IMG/VR virus record: IMGVR_UViG_3300040770_000286
Coordinates: 1-53,457 of that record
Source: a virus
Taxonomy: Duplodnaviria > Caudoviricetes
DNA: 53,457 nucleotides
Direction: 5' to 3' (one strand)
The first letter of the stretch is position 1. Every line of letters begins with the position of its first letter. Below the pieces are notes generated by a model, which worked only from the letters and a program-made list of their open reading frames with translations, had not been told where the DNA came from and ran no database searches. The position numbers were made by a program, and so were the translations under genes. Of this stretch, positions 38,088 through 46,784 are shown piece by piece.

Positions 38088-39739
38088 TACTCTATTATAG
38101 ATTTATATATTTCCATTATTTCTTTAACTATATTCTCACTTTTAAACTTATCAATATCTGATGGTATATCATGTAATTTTTTGGACAATACATCACCATT
38201 ACTACTAACATCATAAATCCAACCAGCTTTACCACACATCCAACCCTCAATTGTAGTTCTACCTAAAAGAATACCAGCCGTTTCGTCACATTGCTGTATA
38301 TATTGTTCAACATTATTAGTTGCATCAAAATAAGTGACGTGTAGTTGATTTTCAATCATTGAGTCTAAATAAGTGTCATTTTTCTTTCCAACAATCCATA
38401 ATTCTTGACCCATCTCACCAGTAGTGGTAATTAAATCACTAATTGTATTTTTTCTTAAATAATCTATAGTACCTACAAATAAAATTCTTTTTTTATCTCG
38501 TTTATCAGTATTTTGTATAATTTTAAACCTAGATGCATCAATTGGGTTATAAATAACATCAACCAATTTCTCGTCAACATTAAATTTATCCACAATATAT
38601 TCTTTAATTTCTGGTCTTATAGCTATAAACTTTTTAATACTATCGTGTATTACAGGGTCCTCTAGATTTATAACCTCAGAATGAATAGTCGTAACCATTG
38701 GAGTGTCTGGATATAACCTTAGTATATGCTTAGTAACTGGTTTGTGGTTTAAATGAATTACATCAAAATTTACCTCATTTAACTTATATAACATTTGTGG
38801 CGAAGAAACAACCTCACCTTCATTTGTCTGTAATACCCATTTACCATCACCTAGTTTAAATCCTGGTGGTTCTTGTAGTGAATATAATTTAATACCAAGC
38901 TGTGATGCAGCTAATGCTAACGGGTTTCCGATTGTCGAGCAGATACTAACTTCACAACCCTCACTAACTAATTGTTTCGCTAACTCATAAACATAAAGTT
39001 CTGAACCAGTATAATTATTGAAATTTAAACAAGATATCAAGACTTTTAATTTATCACCTTTATGTAGTACTCGCTTAATATTTATTGGTAGGTTATTAGC
39101 GTAATTATTAGCAAAATTAACTCTATTATTTTCCCATTGCTGGTTCGTAACACCTATTGATTGATGGTTAACCCTAACCATAGTAGTTACACCAACTTTA
39201 ACTCCTTTAAGGTAGTTATCTAAACAAAATGTAAGTTCGTAGAAGTGAAAACCTTCAACACTTTCATCAAAATTAGCTTTAATTCTACGTTTATCAACTG
39301 CAAAGAAAACACCATCAACAATAACAGCATCTTCAACTCTTTGACCTAAATCATCAGAATAAGTTGATAACCATGTTTTACCTTCATGCGTATGAGCAAC
39401 TCTACCATACATCTTTTTAGGATTCTCCCACCACTTACCGCTAGATGGTAATGATTTACTACCAGCGACACCTATAATACCAGTTTCTGGGTTTTTTTCA
39501 AACTGTTTCAATAACTTGTTCCCCCATTGCTTAGTTTCAATAGTAATATCATTATGTAAAAACACAACGGTATTATATTTGGCATCAACAAGCCCTCTAT
39601 TGTATATTTCAGTCAAAGAGAATTGACCTTTGTTTTCATAACCTAAAAATTCTATTTTATTGTGTAATCCAGATGTTTTTATCACGTGTTCCTTAAAATC
39701 CTCTAATGGGTATTGTGATGAGCATACTACTGTTATCAT
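38087..39739 (-). CDS. Two-domain glycosyltransferase (GT2-like plus GT4-like)
   Basis: N-terminal YNRGL, FLHND, VDGVF, FHFY; C-terminal TGSELYVYELAK, IYNPID, LFVGT, GRTTIEGWMCG. Confidence 0.8.
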   Translation of the reverse strand: MITVVCSSQYPLEDFKEHVIKTSGLHNKIEFLGYENKGQFSLTEIYNRGLVDAKYNTVVFLHNDITIETKQWGNKLLKQFEKNPETGIIGVAGSKSLPSSGKWWENPKKMYGRVAHTHEGKTWLSTYSDDLGQRVEDAVIVDGVFFAVDKRRIKANFDESVEGFHFYELTFCLDNYLKGVKVGVTTMVRVNHQSIGVTNQQWENNRVNFANNYANNLPINIKRVLHKGDKLKVLISCLNFNNYTGSELYVYELAKQLVSEGCEVSICSTIGNPLALAASQLGIKLYSLQEPPGFKLGDGKWVLQTNEGEVVSSPQMLYKLNEVNFDVIHLNHKPVTKHILRLYPDTPMVTTIHSEVINLEDPVIHDSIKKFIAIRPEIKEYIVDKFNVDEKLVDVIYNPIDASRFKIIQNTDKRDKKRILFVGTIDYLRKNTISDLITTTGEMGQELWIVGKKNDTYLDSMIENQLHVTYFDATNNVEQYIQQCDETAGILLGRTTIEGWMCGKAGWIYDVSSNGDVLSKKLHDIPSDIDKFKSENIVKEIMEIYKSIIE

Positions 39740-39792
39740 ATTTGTTTTTTTTAAATATAATAAAAAAAACTAAGATAGTAAAGCACCATAAT

Positions 39793-39824
39793 AAAAAAAC
39801 CCACTAAACATTTAGTGGGTTTTT
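39793..39824 (-). terminator. Rho-independent terminator
   Basis: AAAAAAACCCACTAAA-CA-TTTAGTGGGTTTTT. Confidence 0.85.
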
Positions 39825-39826
39825 AA

Positions 39827-40849
39827 TTATTTTTTAAACCTATTATAGGAATTATCAGTAATATGTATTATTTCGGGGCCACCGATAAAATCGTCCAAAG
39901 TTTTACTATTTGAATAGCTCATCGCAGAACGCAAGTAATCGGTGAAGTTTTCTGTCCACTGACCAATAGTATATTCAACTCGTCTAACCCTAACAACACC
40001 TTCTGAAGTTTTTAGTATTTGATTACCCCATTTGCGCTGAACTTCTTTGGTACTCATACCCCTAAATTTTTTATAAACAGGTATTTTATGTCTATAAGCG
40101 AACTTAGCCATTCGTTGTGAAACTTTTATCTTTTTCCAAAGATAATTATCACCAGCTGACTCGATTGCCTTATTAAACAAACTTCCAACCATTACATAAT
40201 CAGCACCAAGGGCTAAAGCTTTAATTATATCACTATAATTCTGCATACCACCATCAGCAACAATTTTAGCTGGGTTATCTAACTTACAAGATTCAGTATA
40301 ACACTCGCTAATTAAAGACCCCATAGGATAACCAATACCAGTGTGTAACGTAGTTGAGCAACCGCCACCATTACCAATACCAACCCTAACATAATCAGCA
40401 CCAGCATTAGACAAACTCGTATACGTTTCTGGGTTTGCAACGTTACCCACCATCAAAGTAATAAATGGGTAACGTGCTTTAATTGCTTTAGTCATATCGA
40501 GCATGCTTATCATATGACCATTCGCTACATCAATCAAATAACGGCCATTAGGTGAAAGGTTATTGGTCTCTAATCGGTCAGAAATATCATCTAGAGATAA
40601 AGATATAAATCTATTTGTAGAGTCCTCATATTGTAATGTTTGTCGCATTGAATTATTTCTTGGGACACAAGTGATTATACCTAATAATTCGTAATCAATA
40701 ATATTATCCTCGCTTACAACAGTATCCATTGGCGCAGCCATTAATGGTAAAGACCTTTGTTCAGTATAAGGGTCTATTTGTTTTCTACTAGTAATATCTG
40801 ACACTGCTGCTGGTTTTAACAGTATGTCATTAAAATCAAATTTATTCAT
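39827..40849 (-). CDS. GMP reductase / IMP dehydrogenase family (no CBS domains)
   Basis: FDFNDILL, AAPMDTV, IDVANGH, GNV, VGIGNGGGCST, ADGG, ALALGAD, FRGMST, SEG and LRSAMSY motifs. Confidence 0.9.
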   Translation of the reverse strand: MNKFDFNDILLKPAAVSDITSRKQIDPYTEQRSLPLMAAPMDTVVSEDNIIDYELLGIITCVPRNNSMRQTLQYEDSTNRFISLSLDDISDRLETNNLSPNGRYLIDVANGHMISMLDMTKAIKARYPFITLMVGNVANPETYTSLSNAGADYVRVGIGNGGGCSTTLHTGIGYPMGSLISECYTESCKLDNPAKIVADGGMQNYSDIIKALALGADYVMVGSLFNKAIESAGDNYLWKKIKVSQRMAKFAYRHKIPVYKKFRGMSTKEVQRKWGNQILKTSEGVVRVRRVEYTIGQWTENFTDYLRSAMSYSNSKTLDDFIGGPEIIHITDNSYNRFKK

Positions 40850-41225
40850 TTATTTTTTTTAAATAGTTTTTACTAATTAAATCCATGTACTCAGCTTCAC
40901 AATCTATCATATTATAACACACCATTTCACTAAGTTTATGAATTGATTCAACGTACATGTTAGAAATAACTTTAATTTCCCCCAATAACCCATCAAAATC
41001 TAACGTATCGTCAGACCTATTCTTGAAAATTCTTGATATCATCGGAAAAAGATTAAGATTTAACAAAAGAGCTTTATTTTTTGATACGTAACTCAAGTAT
41101 ATTATAGCTATTTCATATCCAGTCGCTAGTGTTTTAGAACCGTTATCCATTAACCCAATATCAGTCCATTTGTCAATTAAAGTGTTGTCTAATTTAGCCG
41201 CCTTATATGTTTTATTAAATTTCAT
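40842..41225 (-). CDS. Miniature major-capsid-protein-like protein
   Basis: KWTDIGLM, LATGYE, LFPMISRIF and IDCEAEYMDLIS match, in order, MCP segments KWDSLGFL, IAQLYE, VFPIVRRVF and IDAEAELTAMLS. Confidence 0.6.
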   Translation of the reverse strand: MKFNKTYKAAKLDNTLIDKWTDIGLMDNGSKTLATGYEIAIIYLSYVSKNKALLLNLNLFPMISRIFKNRSDDTLDFDGLLGEIKVISNMYVESIHKLSEMVCYNMIDCEAEYMDLISKNYLKKINE

Positions 41226-41227
41226 AA

Positions 41228-41812
41228 TTAAGACACACCAGTTGAACCGAATCCTTTATCACCTCTTGTACCATTACTAGCTATTTCATCAACATTAGTT
41301 AACTTTACCGAATTAGATGAATAAACTGGTGAAAACACACCTTGGGCAATTCTATCACCATGGTTAACAATAAATCGTTTATCACCTAAGTTAATTAAAA
41401 TAATTTTAACCTCACCAGTGTAATCAGCATCAATAGTTCCAGGTGTATTCAAAACAGTTACACCATTTTTAGCGGCTAATCCACTTCTTGGTCTAATTTG
41501 AATCTCAAAATTCTCTGGTATACTGAAAAATAACCCAGTAGGAATAATTTTTATTTGGTTTGGCATAATAGCGACACCATCTAGTAGATTAGCCCTTAAA
41601 TCAAAACCAGATGACCCTACGGTTGCGTAGGTTGGGTCTTCATTAGTTGAGTCATTTTTAAAGGCCAATACTTTTTTATTTATATCAGCATCAACAACAA
41701 TTGTTGCTTGGTTAGCACCAAACTCACGATTAAAATCTTTTTGTGAATATTCTACTGATTCATCACCTATCTTAAAGATAGCCGCTTGCATTTGTTCTAC
41801 AATTGTACTCAT
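41228..41812 (-). CDS. dut: Trimeric dUTPase
   Basis: SGFDL, RPRSGLA, GTIDADYTGE, GDRIAQ and RGDKGFGSTG motifs. Confidence 0.96.
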   Translation of the reverse strand: MSTIVEQMQAAIFKIGDESVEYSQKDFNREFGANQATIVVDADINKKVLAFKNDSTNEDPTYATVGSSGFDLRANLLDGVAIMPNQIKIIPTGLFFSIPENFEIQIRPRSGLAAKNGVTVLNTPGTIDADYTGEVKIILINLGDKRFIVNHGDRIAQGVFSPVYSSNSVKLTNVDEIASNGTRGDKGFGSTGVS

Positions 41813-42375
41813 TATGCTTTTATTTGTTCGTGTTTTATAGCTAATACGCTACCCATTTTAAGTAAATCACCAGTCATACTATTATGTAATTCAGCCATTT
41901 TGTCATCAGTTTTATCAAAGAATAAAATAGCTGATACTTCTGCCTCAGTCAATACAATACCATGTGATAATGCGTAATATACGCTACGCTCACTAACTCG
42001 CATAGAAACGATGTCGTTATTGTACTCATACATTTTTCCTTGATTTTTTCGATGCCATTCTGAGGTGCAAGGTGTGAAAAGGTTTGATTTACCAATTTGG
42101 TGTAACAAACAAACTTTTAACAATGATTCTTGTGATACTCTCTCATCCTCTGGTAATGATTTATTAATTAAAACAGCGTAAGATGATACTCTTAATAAAT
42201 GTTCGATTAAACCACCTTCAAATGCATTATAATATGAAGCCATGTTTGTCGCTGGGGCTGCGATAAAAGATTCCCCTAAAAAAGCCATTAATTCGTCATT
42301 CATAACACCTAATTTAGTTGTTGTGTCGAAGTATTTCTTTGTGTTAGCAATAATTTTTTCTTGTTCTAAAGCCAT
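41812..42375 (-). CDS. HD-domain-like protein (HD changed to HQ)
   Basis: APA...AFEGGLIEHLLRV...LLHQIGK, a YhaM-like pattern. Confidence 0.65.
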   Translation of the reverse strand: MALEQEKIIANTKKYFDTTTKLGVMNDELMAFLGESFIAAPATNMASYYNAFEGGLIEHLLRVSSYAVLINKSLPEDERVSQESLLKVCLLHQIGKSNLFTPCTSEWHRKNQGKMYEYNNDIVSMRVSERSVYYALSHGIVLTEAEVSAILFFDKTDDKMAELHNSMTGDLLKMGSVLAIKHEQIKA

Positions 42376-42446
42376 AGTAATTCCTAATTGTTTTTATGTT
42401 ATTATTTTTACAAACATACGAACAAATAAATAATATTGCAATAAAA

Positions 42447-42947
42447 TTATTTACCTATATTATTCATAGACCATTTTAACCTGTGACCCCTAAGTAAAAT
42501 TTTATCTTGGTTATGTAATTGTTTATGACTTCTTATTTTATCGATAGCTTTTTCTCTGCGGATATTAATGAAATCATCATCAGCATACACCTTATCTAAA
42601 CCACTTGACATTGGTTCATATAGTAACGGTAATTTAGTTGGACTTAGTTTTTTCCTAGCTTTTTCTAACTCTAAATTTAGTAAATGATACCTATCAGCAC
42701 CACTAATAAAATTATCGTTAGAGTTTAACTTTTCAGACACTAAGGTTGGGTCTACACCAACCATTTTAATAAATTCACGAACATAAACCATATGTTTGTC
42801 CTCACCATTAACAACAATTGTTGCTCGGTTAGCAGCAAAATCACGCTCATAGTCTGTACGTTTTCGTTTGGTTGTTGCATGTTTTACACTACTAGATTTA
42901 CTGAATAAACCCTTTAAAAAATTTAAAATTTTAATTACTATTTTCAT
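42447..42947 (-). CDS. Hypothetical protein
   Basis: 166-aa ORF with an amphipathic N-terminus. Confidence 0.55.
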   Translation of the reverse strand: MKIVIKILNFLKGLFSKSSSVKHATTKRKRTDYERDFAANRATIVVNGEDKHMVYVREFIKMVGVDPTLVSEKLNSNDNFISGADRYHLLNLELEKARKKLSPTKLPLLYEPMSSGLDKVYADDDFINIRREKAIDKIRSHKQLHNQDKILLRGHRLKWSMNNIGK

Positions 42948-42949
42948 GA

Positions 42950-44220
42950 TTATTGTTTATTAACTAACTCCAAATATAATTTTCTTCTTTCTGCGGTTAC
43001 GTTATCCATTGAATAAACATCTTTTACCGAATTATATAAATTGTTTTGGAGTTTTATTACTTGTTCTGGTTCCAATATTAATTTCTTAATAGCAGCATAC
43101 CAATCTTTAGTGTTTTTATTTGTATCAATTAATATTGCATTACCATTTTCATTGAAACCACCACCAAATTGTATAGCGTTAACTAAATCTATCTGGTATG
43201 GACCAAAATCTTGTGCAATAAGTGCTTTTTTATGGAAACCAGATTCAATTACTTTTAATTGACTTTTAACTTTATTGAAAACATTATCTTCTAATGGTGC
43301 CAAAGAGATATCGAATAGATTATAGTTACCAGCATACGTTGATATTGGTTTTGTCCAAACTCTGCGGTAAGGTTCATTCGAAACATTAGGATACTCACCT
43401 TTTTGGAACGACATTAAGAAACTTTTATATTCTGGGCTCACCGATTTGTAGTCGTCAGTAAATATTCTCTCATATTGATACCAAACAGTTTCAATAGGCG
43501 CAATAGGTCTTGACGTATGCTGACCATTGGCATCAATAGATGTATGTGTACCTCTTAAATCAAAACCACATAAAACAAACTGAACTTTATCTAATAAACC
43601 ATCGGTTCTTAGTTTACCGACAACACCATTCAATAATTCTAAATCTTTTAAATGACTAGAACCACCCAACCATCCTATTCTAATTCGACCAGTTGAAGGT
43701 TCAAGATTAGGTGTGAATTGTTTTTCAGTAGGGTCAATAGCATTCGCTAAAACAAAAACGTTTTTATTCACTTTAGCTATTTCAGCAGCAAATATATCGG
43801 TGGTTGTTGTAATGTTTTGCGCTAATCTTAGATTATTATGGATTTTAACATCAATCTCAGCGTTCTTAATCAATAAATAAGCTGGGTGATGTGGTCCTGG
43901 TGACCAGTGGTCATCTAAATCCATAATACTAATAATACCTAAACTCTTAAATTTAGCGTTTAACGCTTCCATTTGAGCATAGTCACTAATTGTTCTATGA
44001 TAATGAATAATATCATATTGTTTCAGCCATTCATCATTATTTAACTCTGGTTCATAGTCGATATCAACACTAAATTCTTCTGGGTAATTCGTTTCTAAGG
44101 CAATGTGTGGATTAACACTTCTAAAGTATCTTATCAGCTCACCCCAGTCCTGTCGCTAGGTACTACAAGTACTCTGATTTTGCGACTGACTGGGGTGATA
44201 GTTAGTTTATTTTCGTTCAT
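42950..44220 (-). CDS. GT-B glycosyltransferase interrupted by an 8-nt gap (44129-44136); recoded gene or pseudogene
   Basis: ATG at 44220 reads MNENKLTITPVSRKIRVLVVPSDRTGVS, then TGA TAA GA. From 44128 an open frame YFRSVNPHIALE...HYHR...MDLDDHW...IGWLGGSSH..D...FNKVKSQLKVIESG runs to 42950. Confidence 0.8.
44139..44198. repeat. GC-rich inverted repeat inside the first codons of the interrupted glycosyltransferase
   Basis: TCACCCCAGTC..GTCGC (44139-44156) pairs with GCGAC.GACTGGGGTGA (44182-44198). Confidence 0.9.
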
Positions 44221-44273
44221 ATCTATTATTTTTATAATATAACAAATATATTCACAAATAAATATTAGTAAAT

Positions 44274-44300
44274 AAAAAAGGAGCTAATTTAGCTCCTTTT
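44274..44300 (-). terminator. Rho-independent terminator
   Basis: AAAAGGAGCTA-ATT-TAGCTCCTTTT. Confidence 0.85.
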
Positions 44301-44308
44301 AATGTATT

Positions 44309-44842
44309 TTATTTTTTTAACGTTAACTTACCCTCTTTTATTAGAATATTCATTGTTTGTTTTATAACACTTTCACTTAAGGTTTTATTATAACTTTGAG
44401 TTAAATAATTTTGTACACCCTCTGAAATCATTTGTTTTAATTCAGATTTACTTATAGTAATCATATCTGACCCAGACCTATTCTCATTTAAACTTGTAGG
44501 TTGAGTTGTGTATGGTTGTCGTTTATTAGGTGTCATTTTAATATCATCTAATTCACTATCATCCTCTAGCTTAAAATTTTGAACTGGTGCTGGATTTTTT
44601 TTCATCATAGCATCTTTAACGTTTTGAGGAAAATTTGAAGCCATTACTTGTTCATTAGTGTACCCAACAGATGTAGGAGCTTTATACGCTAAAGCATTTT
44701 CTTGTTCCTCTACATTTGTTTGGCTTTGCATTCCCTCAGACATCACAAGTGGTTTATTCGTATCAGTAATTGCCATAAGTTTTTTAGCGTTTGCTAAAAT
44801 CCCAGACAATGCGTTTAAATTTACTGGTGGTGGTGTATTCAT
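44309..44842 (-). CDS. Hypothetical late protein
   Basis: 177 aa with MSE/LNE/ISE/LSE motifs. Confidence 0.65.
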   Translation of the reverse strand: MNTPPPVNLNALSGILANAKKLMAITDTNKPLVMSEGMQSQTNVEEQENALAYKAPTSVGYTNEQVMASNFPQNVKDAMMKKNPAPVQNFKLEDDSELDDIKMTPNKRQPYTTQPTSLNENRSGSDMITISKSELKQMISEGVQNYLTQSYNKTLSESVIKQTMNILIKEGKLTLKK

Positions 44843-44852
44843 ATTACATTAT

Positions 44853-45365
44853 TTAAATTTCTTCATTATTATCACCTAATTTAGGTCTTTGTGCGATATC
44901 ACTTCTTTGTCGTGTAAAAGTGCTTGCATCAACATTTATAACATCTGGTTCAAAAGATTTATCACCTAATTGGTTATACGCTGGTATGTCTGTTGCGAAA
45001 TCAGATACTGGGTGAACCCATTTCATCTTAGTTGCTGTCCAGCTTTTTATTTTATCAAGCCTAAAAATTTTCCATTTAGCCGAACCAGTTTTTGAACCAC
45101 CAGCAATCTGATATGCTCTAATCGCTCGGTTACCAGCAGATGTCTCACCTTTAGTATTTCTTGGTGCTGTAACACCTTTAGCGTATACTTGAATATACCT
45201 TTTGCTTGGTGCTGAATTAACATCATCTTCATATGTTATATTCACATTATACTTTCCATTAATTGCTGCAATCACATCACTATCGGAAACACCCTCAACT
45301 AATAAGTTACGACTTTTCTCAATCTCTTCTAATATAACCGTTTCATAAATATTGTAAAGTTTCAT
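44853..45365 (-). CDS. WYL-domain-like protein with an N-terminal ILE/LVE leader
   Basis: AAINGKYNVNITY...KRYIQVYA.G...IRAYQ..G.S....WKIFRLDKIKSW. Likely start MKLYN at 45365. Confidence 0.65.
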   Translation of the reverse strand: MKLYNIYETVILEEIEKSRNLLVEGVSDSDVIAAINGKYNVNITYEDDVNSAPSKRYIQVYAKGVTAPRNTKGETSAGNRAIRAYQIAGGSKTGSAKWKIFRLDKIKSWTATKMKWVHPVSDFATDIPAYNQLGDKSFEPDVINVDASTFTRQRSDIAQRPKLGDNNEEI

Positions 45366-45378
45366 ACGTTTTTTTTTA

Positions 45379-45756
45379 TTAAATATTAACTTGTCCAGCA
45401 TTTAAACTAGAATCTGGTGCTGTGTAGCTTTTCATACCTAACATTGTTGGTCCATATCCCCATGTTGAACTATTAAGTCCAAATGCTTGGTTTCTACCAG
45501 ACCCCACTGAAATAAATTGGTTACCATTTTTATCAAAATCACTACCAACACCACTATAGTTTTCAATATCTAAAAAACCACCAGAACTTTTTCCGTTATT
45601 TGGTGTTGTACTATCAGATAAAGCTCTAGTATGTGTTGCTTTATACTCATTTGATGGTGAAACATTATTATATGTATTTGTTGGTAGTAATACATTTCTA
45701 GCTGCAATTGCTGCTGCCTCTAATGGTGACTGTAAACCGTTGTATACTTTTTGCAT
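45379..45756 (-). CDS. Hypothetical late protein
   Basis: 125-aa Gly/Ser/Asn-rich ORF in the operon. Confidence 0.6.
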   Translation of the reverse strand: MQKVYNGLQSPLEAAAIAARNVLLPTNTYNNVSPSNEYKATHTRALSDSTTPNNGKSSGGFLDIENYSGVGSDFDKNGNQFISVGSGRNQAFGLNSSTWGYGPTMLGMKSYTAPDSSLNAGQVNI

Positions 45757-45758
45757 TT

Positions 45759-46241
45759 TTATAAAATTTGTTTATTGTTATTATTCATGTATTCTATTAA
45801 ATATCTGATTTCTAAAATTTCTTCAGATAAACCTTGTGCATTACTTAATATTTTATCTTTTACCTCTTTTGGTTGTAATGCTTGGTCATTTGTCATTATA
45901 TCATTAGTTGTACTTTTACCAGAATGGTCGCTACTTTTAGTAACCATAGCAATCCCAACTTCAGTACCATTTTTTTTCTTTTGGAATTGATTCTCAAGAC
46001 CAGCTTCCATACCTACTTTCTTTTTATTGTGGTTAATTACTTGTGTTTGTTTTACCAAAGGCTCTATTTGAATAATTCTAGCTTGACCACCAAGAGTATT
46101 AAATTCAGAACAGTTTTTAGATTCATCACAGATAACCTTAGCTTTTTTAAGCCTAGATAACTCCATAGCGAATGCTTGATGTTTTTTAGTATCATCATCC
46201 GATTGGGTTGTTAGATTTTTATCTTTTATTTGTGAATTCAT
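45759..46241 (-). CDS. Hypothetical late protein
   Basis: 160 aa ending LSEEILEIRYLIEYMN. Confidence 0.6.
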   Translation of the reverse strand: MNSQIKDKNLTTQSDDDTKKHQAFAMELSRLKKAKVICDESKNCSEFNTLGGQARIIQIEPLVKQTQVINHNKKKVGMEAGLENQFQKKKNGTEVGIAMVTKSSDHSGKSTTNDIMTNDQALQPKEVKDKILSNAQGLSEEILEIRYLIEYMNNNNKQIL

Positions 46242-46243
46242 TT

Positions 46244-46723
46244 TTAAATGTTATGTGTTTTACTTATGTTAGATTTTTTATCGGTAAGGGTTTTAGTTAA
46301 ATCAGCTAATTGTTTATCAGTTAAATCACAATCCTTAATTGAATCAATTAATTTTGATACCTTAGAATCATAACCTTTTTCAGTAAGGTCGGTGTCTTTA
46401 CTTTTTTTAACTAAATCTTCAATCAAATCTTCAACCGACTGTTTATTAACGACTGTATTGTTTTCGTTTACACCTATACCTCGACCAGTGCGTGTTCCAC
46501 CGAAACTATAAACTGCAAACCATGGAATGTCTTGTCTATAACGGTTAAAGACTCTATCAGTAGTTGTTGCGGTCCCTTTTTCATATTCAGAATTATCGTT
46601 AAACGGTTTCTGTACTGGCCCAGTTTCAATCTCACTATCACCAGTAGGGTTTCTATCACCACCAGATGAATTCATATCCCCACCGACCAGCTCGTTTAAT
46701 TCTTTCTTTTTAAATGTTGCCAT
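46244..46723 (-). CDS. Hypothetical late protein
   Basis: 159 aa with LNE/VNE motifs and a late motif at 46737-46745. Confidence 0.65.
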   Translation of the reverse strand: MATFKKKELNELVGGDMNSSGGDRNPTGDSEIETGPVQKPFNDNSEYEKGTATTTDRVFNRYRQDIPWFAVYSFGGTRTGRGIGVNENNTVVNKQSVEDLIEDLVKKSKDTDLTEKGYDSKVSKLIDSIKDCDLTDKQLADLTKTLTDKKSNISKTHNI

Positions 46724-46736
46724 ATTTATCTTTTAT

Positions 46737-46768
46737 TATAAATATAATCAAATATTGGAATATTTATA
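46737..46768. promoter_or_regulatory. Divergent pair of putative late promoters (sense ATATTTATA)
   Basis: TATAAATAT at 46737-46745 serves the minus strand and ATATTTATA at 46760-46768 serves the plus strand. The same motif precedes most structural genes. Confidence 0.7.
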
Positions 46769-46784
46769 TTAAAACACACATACT

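Noticed and set aside
44131-44136. Stop-codon reassignment (alternative genetic code)
   Set aside because: Reading through TGA TAA would not restore the frame, and all other genes are intact under the standard bacterial code.
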